DNA from: Tubiluchus corallicola
Taxonomy: Eukaryota; Animalia; Priapulida
Direction: 5' to 3'
Assembly: GCA_030141605.1 (NCBI GenBank)
Contig: JAQGDQ010000101.1
Span: 253,017-317,016 of the forward strand
DNA: 64,000 bases
Of the stretch, positions 12,810 through 24,247 are shown piece by piece. The notes beneath the pieces were generated by a model. It searched no databases. It had not been told where the DNA came from and saw only the letters and a list, made by a program, of their open reading frames with translations. Numbering within the stretch: the first letter of the stretch is position 1; every line of letters starts with the position of its first letter. The position numbers and the translations under genes are program-made.

Positions 12810-13804
12810 GTAAGATCTATCCACTGAGCACTGTTATGATTAAGATTCACTATTAAAGTATGGCAATCTGTACGATATATTTAAGTGGTTTGCTTAAGAT
12901 ACTATTTGAACTATGTGACAATCTGCACCCATTTAAATTTAAAAACAGTTACAGCATAAAAATTGTCAAGTTTAAGACAAGTTATCAGCGCATTTTTAAG
13001 CTTAACTGTTGAAGTAATGAAATTTATACAACTGAATTTATAAATTTTAGTAATGTTATAAACTAATATATATGGTAAGTGTGTCATGTTATGAAAACAA
13101 TTTTTATTGAAAACTAAACGTACATGTATGACATATGTCTGTCCTCCTATTAGCACTGTGTTGTTTACATTTTTATGTGGGTAATGTTAGTGCTGCTTGC
13201 CATCTTTTTTCTTTTTGCAAAATGTAAAATCTACTGGAATTTGCCAGATGTGCCAAATGTGTTCACTAAATCGATGCAAAAGAAGTTAAAGTCTTAGCCA
13301 AAACTTTCTTTTCACAGTTAAATCAGCTAGTATGCGTTTTTAGAGTTTCTAATCTGAGGACAATTCTATACTGAGATTTATAATGGCTAGGGCAAATGAT
13401 CACTTTTTTGTTTCTTTTACTAGGTAAACAGAGATTACCAAAAATCAATTTGTTAGCTAAGGCAGCAGTTGGCTGACCTTAAAAACAGTTTCATTCATAG
13501 TAAATATAAGTTTTTTTCTACCAAAAAGAAATGGCTGTTTTTTTCTTTAGCTGTAGCTCACAAATAGGTACATGCTGTTTACAGTCAATAGGCTGTAAAG
13601 TTGCTTCTTCAGCATAAGTAGTAGACTTTTCATGCTTTGTAAACATTCCCAAGCAGCATAAGCTTTCTAAGCTCTAAGTTGTACAGAAATCACCCGTAGT
13701 ATGAATATGTGCAAGTTGTGCAACATTGAGTGTTAGTTTTCAGCTGCATACAGCTTTTGTTTTATTTTCCAAGCAGCATCTTATGCTGATATGTTTGATT
13801 GCAG

Positions 13805-13918
13805 TGATGTGCTGGCAAATCCTGATCTTCTGAAACAGATTCAAGATATTTCCAATGCGTTGCTGCAGTCTGAAACTGACGAACCAGCAGATGAGCACAA
13901 GTCGCCAGAAAGTGACAG
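13805..13918 (+). CDS. SCAF8: SCAF4/8-like exon 8 (SDVLANPDLLKQIQDISNALLQSETDEPADEHKSPESD)
   Basis: ttgcag acceptor, open frame, phase 2/2. Confidence 0.7.
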
Positions 13919-14597
13919 GTGATTCTAAAACTACAGTATAAAAATTGGTGTATTCAAGAAAGAATTTACTTAGTTAGCTGGTTGTACCTTTTGAATATAA
14001 ACGCTTGTTTGTCACACCAAGTGTCATCATTATAGTTAAAATAAAATCACAACAGTAATCTGCCAATTGCAGATAAAAATTTTGAATGAAAATTTAAAGT
14101 AAAAAATATCTGCAACTTTAGTGGTGAAAAGTTTTATTTCTAACTATCATTATGAAAATTGCAAAAATTTTACAAAAAATGCTTAGTCGTTGGAGTATAA
14201 AAGTCTCAGAAATCTTGCCAGTTTCTCCTTACTTTTTTGCAAGCGCTTTTACTTTGCTTATTATACATATGTGAATGTTATGTATGGGTTGTTTGCCATT
14301 ATAAAGTTATAATTGTTCGATAATTCTCTTATTCCTGTCATTTATCTAGTTTCACAACTCCTATGTTTATGGTCTTTTTAAACTCTTAAACATGAATCCT
14401 TTGTTAGCTGCAAGCTTCGATGCAATCTTTTATCCTTTCTTTTGGCAAATTTTCCAATCAATTCTGATTCATTTTATGATTGTTGTACAAAATTTCTGGT
14501 TTTCTTTGTACCCAATTCATGTCCTTTATTATGTTGTTGATATGTTACCATAGTTTTTGTGCTATAGAAATGAGACAACATCGTATTATATATTTAG

Positions 14598-14695
14598 CTC
14601 ACAGTCATCTTTGAAGAAATACAGAAGCAGAGAGAGTTGGGAAAGGGTAAGAGCAAGAAAAGGATTTCCTCCACCAAAGGACGGCTGTGTAACAG
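14598..14695 (+). CDS. SCAF8: SCAF4/8-like exon 9 (SSQSSLKKYRSRESWERVRARKGFPPPKDGCVT)
   Basis: Phase 2/1; RARKGFPPPKDGCVT corresponds to the ERQKKGLPP….LSV motif that precedes the RRM in SCAF4/8. Confidence 0.8.
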
Positions 14696-15743
14696 GTAGA
14701 TTTAACCACCTTACTCCTGATGCATAATTGATCATTTATTGACTAAAAACTATCGTTACTGACTAAAACTTATTGTTATTGACTAAAAACTAATATATAT
14801 ATATATATAATGCAAGCCGAACAGTATCATACTAAAAACGTTTTTAATCCAGTGAACACTTAACAAAACAGAAAACAGGTATATTTACAATAGCGTGCAG
14901 CCTGTTTATCACAAACACCCTTGATGTTGCAACAAAATATCAAAAAATTCTTTTCAGCGCTAAGTGGGAATTGTTCTATTAATAATACTCATTTTGCATA
15001 ATATTATATTTAACTCAAAACAAAAATTAATTACGTATTTTGCAAATATAATCTTAAACACAGGCTATTAAACATAACGCTGTATTCATAGGCATACCTT
15101 AGCAGATTTAACTATACATCTTCAGACATTCAGAGACATACTGAAGAGACAACTTAACATCTGTCCTGTGGAAAATGTCTGCTAACGAAGCAGCATTAAG
15201 TTGCTGGATATGTCGTAGCGAGCTGTGCAACATATTCCCGGTGCTTGCCAGATAAATGCGGTGCTATCTCCTTCACTTATACATACCTAGTGCTTGGGAT
15301 CCTACTGAAGCTATCTAGCTGCTTGCTAGAGACAGTGTATATTGCTGCAGCTTGTATTTTCTACCTGTTAATGATTCATCTATCACTTCTATATAGCAGA
15401 GGAAGCCAACATAGCGTAAGGCAGGGTAAATAGGTAATTGATTAGTTTTTGCAGCAAATTGCAATAGTTTTAGAAAACTAATCAACTTTTTAACTTGTTT
15501 AGGCTATTACGAACGAAATTTATGCTTTATACATGTTAATGTCAATAGAAAGGTTTTAAGTACTGATGTAACATACTATAGTGACCAAAATATAAAAAAA
15601 ATTGCAGGAAGATCGTAAAACACAGGCATGCTATGCGTAAAGGAGGGTGGTCAGTAACAGTCATATAACTTATTTATTCTAGTATTACCAAAATTATTGT
15701 TGGTAATGTAAAAGTACACAATGTTGTATCTTCATATTTGCAG

Positions 15744-15790
15744 AAACGCAAAAACGTAACAAGGATGTATGTGACAGTCCTATACAATAG
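15744..15790 (+). CDS. Putative terminal exon of the SCAF-like gene (ETQKRNKDV, then LTR-derived CDSPIQ*)
   Basis: ttcatatttgcag acceptor with phase 1 matching exon 9; the frame reads into the 5' LTR and stops at TAG 15788-15790. No homology support. Confidence 0.4.
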
Positions 15791-17000
15791 TGCTCTCATT
15801 TTTATCGTACTAATTAAATTTCTACAATTAAGTTTGCTAAGTTAAGCAGAGTAGCGCCAATGAGTTTCATTTTGTAGTGCTAAGTGAAAAGTTTATTTTG
15901 TTTATATATGTAATTATTATCTCTCAGGCTAGTATAGTAGTGCCATCTACTGTCAACTTTGTTTATCAAAGAAGGAAACCAGGGACATGAACTTGACAGG
16001 TGTGCTTCCTTATTTGGCAAGTTTGACCACCAATCCTGAGTGATGATAAATAGGACATTCACAGCTGCTACTCTTTATAACCCGTTTGATTGGTCAGGTT
16101 TAGGTGATGAACCAACCTTTACTCGTTATGCAGCCATTCAGCATAGAGCAAACAGGTTTACCTGGAAAAACGAGGCCACAGAGCAAGGTGTGGAAAGTGT
16201 GGCTTTGCAATATGGTTGCTCTACTTGAGTTTTATCAGTTCTTAGTTTAAAGGACAATATTGCATTTATTAATGGAATTTCCTCAGCAGAAACAGAGTAC
16301 TTTTACAATGGCTATACTCAGTCTTTGTGATCCTGGGCTGTCCGTTATTTAGGAAGCCCCTAGAGACTTTGTCGTTTATGGTGGAGGAGACCAAGTCGTG
16401 AAATGGACTATTGGTAGTTCTCAGAGAACCAGCCTGTGGTCAGTCTTCATGTCAGTGTCTTCAGATACGCCGGACTTGATACAGCGCATTCCTCAGTTGA
16501 TGGAGTTAATGCCACGCCTGCTGTCACCTCATTGTCTGACCCTGAAGTTACCATTTGGGAAGCCTGCCGTCAGAGTGTTCCAGTACACGCCGCCGTCGAC
16601 AGCGACAGTGACGAGGTTAAGCTAGCTAGCCAACGTGTGCACAGAGACTCACGATAAGTACAGTTTATGGTGTTTGTGATACATTTAAAAATCCCGGGTA
16701 AAATTAAAGACAGTAGCCAAACTATAATTTGTAGTATATATTTGTTTACTATTTCTCAAATGTGTTTTTCCTATGTTGAAATAATATTGAGTTTATAACT
16801 AATTGGTCGTTTGTCTATCTGTTCTGATAATATTAGATTCTCACGTCAAGGAAGCTCGCCAGCGACCCACAGCCTTAGATCAAATAAAGCTTGCTGTTTC
16901 TTTAAGTATTTATGGTGTGTTAGCACCAGTGTTGTAGTGATAATCTTGCCATCCTGACATAAACACATTTACAGCACTTTAGGCCAAACGGATTATCACA
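15770..17000 (+). repeat. 5' LTR (1231 bp)
   Basis: TGTGACAGTCC…GGATTATCACA imperfect terminal inverted repeat; AATAAA near 16883; direct repeat of 23016-24247. Confidence 0.95.
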
Positions 17001-17001
17001 G

Positions 17002-17019
17002 TGGTGTCAGAAGTGGGAT
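17002..17019 (+). promoter_or_regulatory. Primer-binding site, tRNA-Leu(CAA)
   Basis: TGGTGTCAGAAGTGGGAT, 1 nt after the LTR, is complementary to the conserved 3' end of metazoan tRNA-Leu(CAA). Confidence 0.9.
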
Positions 17020-17654
17020 GCTGTGTCTGACCTCATTTACACTTCTTGTTCAGCGAGTATTTTAACGTTATCAGAACGTCTGTTTTGACTGGCGCTACTC
17101 GATATTTTAAGGTATAGAAGCCATACTAGGTAGGCTGGCAGTAGTAAGCTAAAGTTAAAGCAAATATAGTATTTTACTCTCACGCTGCAATTTAACGGTG
17201 TATTTGTACTTGCTCATTCAAGCTAGTTTATACTTGAATTGCCCTGTAGTGAAAACTTTTCTTTCGGTCGAGAAAAACGTTTATTTTCGTTAAACGGGTC
17301 AAGAATAATTTGTCACAAAACTTTTATTTGGAGGAGGCATGAGGCGCTTGCTTCTTAAAGCTGCTAAATGAACATCGCAGAATTATTTGGCTTCATTGCT
17401 GCGCTGTTAGTGTTAGTTTTGTTTAAATTATCCTTGCTGGTCAATTCTTAATAGCATAAACTGCGTAACTTGGTACTGCGTGTGTGAGTTAGAAGTTGAC
17501 CTTGAATGATTGTCAGAGCGATTGATCTTTGCCGCTTTCGTGTGGAGGCGTGACTGTAATATAGTAATCGCAGCTCGCGCTGTGTAAATAAACAAATAAA
17601 TACTTTTATTGCTCCATTCCAGTACAACTATTAAAACATAGAACAATAATATTA

Positions 17655-20600
17655 ATGGCGGAGCATGCACGATATTCTCTAGCTCAGCTGACACAAATGA
17701 AAAGAGATGACTTGTTTGAAGTTGCCAGAAAATTAGGCCTAGATTTTGAGTCATCAGTTACTCGTGCTCAGCTGATGGAACGAATTTATGAAGTCGCAGG
17801 TCTCCGTACTACTGTTGAGGAAGTTGATAAAGTGGGGGACACAACTTCAGACCCTGAAAGTGACCCCGAGGCGGATCCAGGTTCTAGTGGACCAACTGAT
17901 ATGCCTGTTCAACAGAAATATGCACAGATGGGAGAGAGTAGAGATTTAAGCGTAAAGCCCAAGTCTTTGGGCACTACAAAACCTACAATGGGGACGCCTG
18001 TTGCAGGCTATAGTGCTCACGGTTCTGTTTTGGATGCCACTGCTCATACTCCGCCCCCTTTGCTGTTTCGCGATGCAACGATGGCTGGACAGTCTCTCCC
18101 AGCACCTGCCCCTGGATGTAGCATGCCAGACGTCTCTTTGGAAGCTTTGTCTGCTGTAACAGATAACCCAGCTCAAGTTTTACTCCAGCTTCAGCAACTC
18201 CGGGCTGAACAAGTGCGAGATGAGCGTAGATTAGCGGAAATGCAGCTAGAGATGAAAAAGTTGGAATTTTCTGCAGCACACACTGCGTGGTCGAACCCCG
18301 GTCATGGTTCTGCCCTTAACTCAAGCTTGGATACGCCCAATATCTCGACTGCTAACGTAATAAAACGTCTCAGGTTTCACATGTATGACGAAACAACGGA
18401 GGATATTGAGATTTTCTTGGACTGTTTTGCACAGTCAGCTACTGCTAATGCTATTCCTCAGGAATGCTGGGCAGCGTCCTTAGGCCCTGTTCTAACTGGA
18501 AAAGCTGCCATAGCTTACCAGCAGGTCCCACCTGAGCAACTACGAAATTATCCTGTTGTGAGACAAGCTGTGCTGTCTGCATATTTTCTGAGCCCGCACA
18601 TTTACCTGGATCGGTTTAGAGCAATTGCAAAGCAGAGTAATGAGAATTATAAGCAGCTGTTTCAGCGTTTAGAAAGAGGATGGAACACATATCTCAATGC
18701 AATTGAAGTCGAGTCTTTCGAAGGCGTAAATGAAGCCGTTGTAATCGAGCAAGGATTGCATTGCATGCCTAAAGAGCTTGCAACTTGGTTAAAGATGCAG
18801 CCTGACACGATGAAGTCTATTAACAAAATAGCAGAAAGAGCTGATCAGTATATTGCGGCCACTGGTGGTTTATCAACCGTGAAAACAGGACAGCAGACTC
18901 AACGTAGGTTTAATAAGCCAACAAGTGGACAGTTAAGCAATGCTTCTCCTGGTAAAAGTGGAGTTGGTAACCAGAGTAGTTTCGGTGGTAGTAGAGGATC
19001 AAGTACTGCTAGAATTCACTGTTTTAAATGTGGTAAACCCGGCCATCGTCGTAGTGAATGCAAAATGCCTTCGTCTATGCCTAACAGCTGGAAAGTTCCA
19101 CAAAAATCTGGTAACCAATTTTATGGTAAGGCAGCTGAACGCACCAAATCATATGAGAGCATGGAAAGTGTACCGGATCACACGTTACCCTATCGCTTCT
19201 CGGCTCGCATTAACGGCATCAAAGTGACAAGATGCCAGCGTGATACTGGTGCCAGCATCAGCGTCGTTCTACCCCAGTATGTTAGACCTGACCAGTATTT
19301 GGATAGAGCACCCCAATGTATCTTGTGCTTTTGTGGCCAATCAAATAACTGCAAGATGGCAGAAGTCGAAATAGAGGGACCTGACTTCTCTGGTCTTTTG
19401 ACTGTTGGTGTAAATCCAACATTACACATGGATTTCTTGTTGGGCAACGATTTTGAGTCTGCACTACGGCCCTTTCCAAACTCGAGTGAAGTTTGTTCAG
19501 AAGCTCAAAGCTCTAAAAAGGGAAAGCTCAGAGCAGTGTCTGCTCCCAAGAAGAAAAATGGAAGCACCACATACAGTTCAAACACTGTTAGTGATACTGA
19601 TGGGAATAATTCTTCTGACAAGGCTAAAACAGCTTTTGCAATTACTCGCTCTAAAGCTGCGCAACGTAAAACGGAGGCTGAAAGAGATGTCCATTTGCAA
19701 CAACAAGCATTTGCTCCAGGTCACGTTATTGGTCAAGTCGAATCGCACCCCAGCAAGTCATCTAGCACCGACTTATTGAATTTAGAACTAGATCAGTTGC
19801 GAAAAGAGCAAGCAGAAGATGTCAGTATCAGGAATCTGATTGACAATGCAGTCACAGAAAAGAAGGCATTGTCTGCTGGTAAAGGCTACTTTTTGCGGGA
19901 TGGCATTCTTTACTACCTCTCTCATGAAAGGAAAGCTGCAAACCCGCGTTCACTTTTAGTTCTGCCCAAGGGACGGAGAAAGGAAGTGCTCAGTCTTGCT
20001 CATGATAACAAACTCTCAGGACATTTTGGAATTAACAAAACAACCAACAGAGTTCTTTTGGAGTACATATGGCCTCATGTTAAGCGGAGCATAAGGCAAT
20101 ACTGTAAATCCTGTCCTACGTGCCAACGAACTGCTCGTGTACGTCATACAGATAGGGCCAAGCTTAAACCACTGGAAATACCTGACAGAGCATTTCGCAT
20201 GATTGGTATGGATCTAATTGGTCCCTTTCCAAGGACACCGTCAGGCAACAAGTATGCTCTGGTGTTGGTTGACCATGCAACCAGATATCCTGACTGTTAT
20301 CCACTGCAGAACATTGAGACGACCACAGTTGTCCAGGCACTACTCAAGTTCTGTTGTCGCTTTGGTATTCCACGTCAGATCTTAACAGATCGTGGCCCTC
20401 AGTTTATGGCTCACATCATCCGTGAATTAGAGCAATCACTGGGTGTCAAAGCAATTTATACTTCTCCGTACTCAGCTTCCACTAATGGACTCACAGAACG
20501 TTTGAACCAGACCCTTAAAGCATCCATTATCCGTCTCACAGAAGATGATGCACAATTACCTTGGGACATAGCTTGCGATTTTGTCCTCTTCGCCTACCGG

Positions 20601-21026
20601 GAGGTGCCCCAAGAGTCGACTGGTTATAGCCCCAATGAATTAGTGTTTGGATATCCAGTCCGGGGACCACTAGCTGCTTTAAAGGAACGCTGGGGCTGTA
20701 GTAACCCTCCCAATCTGGAAAGCGTAGACGAGTATGTCGAACGTATTATTAATACTCTCGAGTCTACCACTGAAGAGGCCCATGAAGCACTTCGGGATGC
20801 CAAAATTTCCCAAAAGAAGTGGTATGACCGTGTGTCAAGAGATAGGAGCCATGAGATTGGAGACAAAGTATTAGTTCAACGTCTTAGAAAAGGAGGAAAA
20901 ATGCAGGCTGGATGGAGAGGTCCCTATACAATAACAGATAAAGTGTCCGACTGGACTTATAAAGTCGATGTGGGTAATAGAGGCAGGCGACGAGATATCC
21001 GGTTGTTCCACGTTAACAAACTTTAA
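17655..21026 (+). CDS. gag-pol: Gag (N-terminal HeH/SAP-like helix pair, SCAN-like capsid CTD, CCHC knuckle), aspartic protease and integrase
   Basis: CFKCGKPGHRRSEC knuckle; RDTGAS protease; H..GH…C..C zinc finger; DLIGP/LTDRGPQF/NGLTERLN DDE triad; GPY motif. Confidence 0.93.
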   Translation: MAEHARYSLAQLTQMKRDDLFEVARKLGLDFESSVTRAQLMERIYEVAGLRTTVEEVDKVGDTTSDPESDPEADPGSSGPTDMPVQQKYAQMGESRDLSVKPKSLGTTKPTMGTPVAGYSAHGSVLDATAHTPPPLLFRDATMAGQSLPAPAPGCSMPDVSLEALSAVTDNPAQVLLQLQQLRAEQVRDERRLAEMQLEMKKLEFSAAHTAWSNPGHGSALNSSLDTPNISTANVIKRLRFHMYDETTEDIEIFLDCFAQSATANAIPQECWAASLGPVLTGKAAIAYQQVPPEQLRNYPVVRQAVLSAYFLSPHIYLDRFRAIAKQSNENYKQLFQRLERGWNTYLNAIEVESFEGVNEAVVIEQGLHCMPKELATWLKMQPDTMKSINKIAERADQYIAATGGLSTVKTGQQTQRRFNKPTSGQLSNASPGKSGVGNQSSFGGSRGSSTARIHCFKCGKPGHRRSECKMPSSMPNSWKVPQKSGNQFYGKAAERTKSYESMESVPDHTLPYRFSARINGIKVTRCQRDTGASISVVLPQYVRPDQYLDRAPQCILCFCGQSNNCKMAEVEIEGPDFSGLLTVGVNPTLHMDFLLGNDFESALRPFPNSSEVCSEAQSSKKGKLRAVSAPKKKNGSTTYSSNTVSDTDGNNSSDKAKTAFAITRSKAAQRKTEAERDVHLQQQAFAPGHVIGQVESHPSKSSSTDLLNLELDQLRKEQAEDVSIRNLIDNAVTEKKALSAGKGYFLRDGILYYLSHERKAANPRSLLVLPKGRRKEVLSLAHDNKLSGHFGINKTTNRVLLEYIWPHVKRSIRQYCKSCPTCQRTARVRHTDRAKLKPLEIPDRAFRMIGMDLIGPFPRTPSGNKYALVLVDHATRYPDCYPLQNIETTTVVQALLKFCCRFGIPRQILTDRGPQFMAHIIRELEQSLGVKAIYTSPYSASTNGLTERLNQTLKASIIRLTEDDAQLPWDIACDFVLFAYREVPQESTGYSPNELVFGYPVRGPLAALKERWGCSNPPNLESVDEYVERIINTLESTTEEAHEALRDAKISQKKWYDRVSRDRSHEIGDKVLVQRLRKGGKMQAGWRGPYTITDKVSDWTYKVDVGNRGRRRDIRLFHVNKL

Positions 21027-21050
21027 CCTTACATACATCGTGAGGAGGAA

Positions 21051-22646
21051 ATGATTTTGTTGGCTATGTGTGAGAATGACGAAAAAGGTGATGGTGACAA
21101 TGATGACAATGTTGGTGATGAGTATGATGGTGTGGAAGATGAAGCTTATATTGGTGAAGGATTTATAGAGAGAAGTAACCTACCCGATTATGCCTTTCCT
21201 CCCACAGCCACACCCACACAGTCAGTGAAAGATGTGGAATTACCTGAGTATCTTTCAGATAAAGCAAAAGAACAAATGCGTGCAATCTTTCAACTATATC
21301 CCAAAATGTTCACTGACTTGCCAGGCAGAACAACAGTTGTACGCCATCACATAAATTTAACAGACAAAACACCCGTACGTCTTCGCCCTTACAGATTACC
21401 CCAAGCACGGAAGAATATTGTGTGGAAAGAGTTGCAGGAAATGCTTGCGCTAGACGTGATACGCCGTTCTGAGTCTGAATATGCATCACCTATGCTACTC
21501 GTTCCCAAGCCACAGGAACAATGGCGCCCCTGCATAGATTATAGGCAGTTAAACAAACGCACATCCTTCTGTCCATATCCAATGCCACGGCCGGATGAAA
21601 TCATTGACGATCTACACAACGCCGCATGGATCTCTACTTTGGACATGACGAAAGCATACTGGCAGATAGAGTTGACCCCAGAGTCGCAACCAGTGTCAGC
21701 ATTCGTTACCGATTTCGGAAAGTTTGAATTCACCGTAATGCCATTCGGTTTAGTCAATGCTGCCAGTACTGCCCAGTCATTAATGGACAGGATACTTGAA
21801 CCAGTAGCGGACAGTTCTCAAGGTTACATTGATGATGTAATTATCAAGTCTTCCGACTGGTCGAAACACCTAACTCATGTTAAAGACATGCTTTCAAATG
21901 TGCGTAAGGCTGGTTTAACAGTAAAGCCAAATAAATGCCATTTTGCTTTACAAGAAGCGAATTTTCTTGGCTACGTGGTGGGAAAGAACAGGCTGAAACC
22001 ACAACCCTCCAAGATACAGCGAATCCGTAACTGCACGCGACCATTGACCAAGACACAGGTTCGCAGATTTCTCGGGATGGTTGGATTCTACCGCAGATTC
22101 ATTCCGCACTTCAGCACGATAGCAGCCCCGTTAATCTCACTAACCGAAAGGTATGCTCCAGTTCAAGTAACCTGGTCAGATGCATGCGAGAAAAGCTTCC
22201 GTCACTTACAACAAGCACTTACATCAGACACAGTACTTCACTCACCCGATTTTAGCAAACAATTCATATTAACAACTGATGCTAGCTTTGTAGGGATTGG
22301 TGCTGTCCTATCGCAAGACCGCGAGGATGGGTTAGGCGAAGTACCAATTACCTACATTAGCCGTAAATTAACACAGACTGAAACACGATATTCAGTTGTC
22401 GAATGTGAGTGTCTGAGTATGGTGTATGCTGTGGAAAAGCTCCGGTACTATCTCGAAGGTAGACAATTTATAATTAGGACAGATCAAAGGAGCTTACTTG
22501 CGCTTGACAAAATGCGCAAAAATAACAGGAGGCTTTGCCATTGGGCGCTTAAGCTATCGGAATTTTCATTTACTATAGACCATATTCCTGGTTCGCAGAA
22601 TTTGGTCGCGGATGCACTATCAAGAGATTTCTTGTATAACGCATAA
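21051..22646 (+). CDS. pol: Reverse transcriptase and RNase H, in frame with the upstream ORF and separated from it by a single TAA
   Basis: RPCIDYRQLN, LDMTKAYWQI, MPFGL and YIDD RT motifs; TDAS…E…RTD…ADALSR RNase H motifs. Confidence 0.95.
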   Translation: MILLAMCENDEKGDGDNDDNVGDEYDGVEDEAYIGEGFIERSNLPDYAFPPTATPTQSVKDVELPEYLSDKAKEQMRAIFQLYPKMFTDLPGRTTVVRHHINLTDKTPVRLRPYRLPQARKNIVWKELQEMLALDVIRRSESEYASPMLLVPKPQEQWRPCIDYRQLNKRTSFCPYPMPRPDEIIDDLHNAAWISTLDMTKAYWQIELTPESQPVSAFVTDFGKFEFTVMPFGLVNAASTAQSLMDRILEPVADSSQGYIDDVIIKSSDWSKHLTHVKDMLSNVRKAGLTVKPNKCHFALQEANFLGYVVGKNRLKPQPSKIQRIRNCTRPLTKTQVRRFLGMVGFYRRFIPHFSTIAAPLISLTERYAPVQVTWSDACEKSFRHLQQALTSDTVLHSPDFSKQFILTTDASFVGIGAVLSQDREDGLGEVPITYISRKLTQTETRYSVVECECLSMVYAVEKLRYYLEGRQFIIRTDQRSLLALDKMRKNNRRLCHWALKLSEFSFTIDHIPGSQNLVADALSRDFLYNA

Positions 22647-23005
22647 GTGAAATGCTAAATTGTCGATGCCTGATTATTGCTCAGCAAAGTACGCCTACTT
22701 GCTTGAATTTGTTTTCAAATTTATATTCCTCATGTTTGAGTTATAGGAGTTTGTTCAGAATATGTAGTTTTGAATTAACTAAAGTGAATATCTAGTTAAT
22801 TGTTGATCTGCAACTTTTGTTATAGTCAAATAGTGACTAGTCTGACTACCACAGTTTCGTACCTATCATTTGCTATTGAATTTTGGATGATAGATTTTGT
22901 TTCATATGTTTTTGTGTATGCTCTTGTGCTTGCACGCTTGTATGCCATTTGAAATGTTGTAGAAATGTTTCTTGTACTCTTTGAATTTTGGTAAAATTCT
23001 TTTCT

Positions 23006-23012
23006 GGAGGAG
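23006..23012 (+). promoter_or_regulatory. Short polypurine tract
   Basis: GGAGGAG lies 3 nt before the 3' LTR. Confidence 0.6.
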
Positions 23013-23015
23013 CTC

Positions 23016-24247
23016 TGTGACAGTCCTATACAATAGTGCTCTCATTTTTATCGTACTAATTAAATTTCTACAATTAAGTTTGCTAAGTTAAGCAGAGTAG
23101 CGCCAATGAGTTTCATTTCGTAGTGCTAAGTGAAAAGTTTATTTTGTTTATATATGTAATTATTATCTCTCAGGCTAGTATAGTAGTGCCATCTACTGTC
23201 AACTTTGTTTATCAAAGAAGGAAACCAGGGACATGAACTTGACAGGTGTGCTTCCTTATTTGGCAAGTTTGACCACCAATCCTGAGTGATGATAAATAGG
23301 ACATTCACAGCTGCTACTCTTTATAACCCGTTTGATTGGTCAGGTTTAGGTGATGAACCAACCTTTACTCGTTATGCAGCCATTCAGCATAGAGCAAACA
23401 GGTTTTACCTGGAAAAACGAGGCCACAGAGCAAGGTGTGAAAAGTGTGGCTTTGCAATATGGTTGCTCTACTTGAGTTTTATCAGTTCTTAGTTTAAAGG
23501 ACAATATTGCATTTATTAATGGAATTTCCTCAACAGAAACAGAGTACTTTTACAATGGTTATACTCAGTCTTTGTGATCCTGGGCTATCCGTTGTTTAGG
23601 AAGCCCCTAGAGACTTTGCCGTTTATGGTGGAGGAGACCAAGTCGTGAAATGGACTATTGGTAATTCTCAGAGAACCAGTCTGTGGTCAGTCTTCCTATC
23701 AGTGTCTTCAGATACGCCGGACTTGATACAGCGCATTCCTCAGTCGATGAAGTTAATGCTACGCCCGATGTTATCTAATTGCCTGTTTGAGAAGTTACCG
23801 TTAGGGAAGCCTGCCGTCAGATTGTTCCAGTACACGCCGCCGTCGACAGCGACAGTGACGAGGTTAAGCTAGCTAGCCAACGTGTGCACAGAGACTCACG
23901 ATAAGTACAGTTTATGGTGTTTGTGATACATTTAAAAATCCCGGGTAAAATTAAAGACAGTAGCCAAACTATAATTTGTAGTATATATTTGTTTACTATT
24001 TCTCAAATGTGTTTTTCCTATGTTAAAATAATATTGAGTTTATAGCTAATTGGTCGTTTGTCTATCTGTTCTGATAATGTTAGATTCTCACGTTAAGGAA
24101 GCTCGCCAGGGACCCACAGCCTTAGATCAAATAAAGCTTGCTGTTTCTTTAAGTATTTATGGTGTGTTAGCACCAGTGTTATAGTGATAATCTTGCCATC
24201 CTGACATAAACACATTTACAGCACTTTAGGCCAAACGGATTATCACA
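23016..24247 (+). repeat. 3' LTR (1232 bp)
   Basis: Direct repeat of 15770-17000. Confidence 0.95.

Larger units (their letters stand above)
15770..24247 (+). mobile_element. Full-length Gmr1-type Ty3/Gypsy LTR retrotransposon (gag-PR-IN-RT-RH order)
   Basis: Two ~1.23-kb TG…CA LTRs, PBS, PPT, and Gypsy-type RT/RH located downstream of the integrase. Confidence 0.95.

Noticed and set aside
15120-15430. Higher-GC stretch as the missing SCAF RRM exon
   Set aside because: No STTLW/RNP motifs were found in the frames read, and stops are frequent.
16398-16657. Short ORFs inside the Gmr1 LTR as accessory genes
   Set aside because: They start at GTG, one frame is broken by stops in the 3' LTR, and the inter-LTR differences show no codon-position bias.
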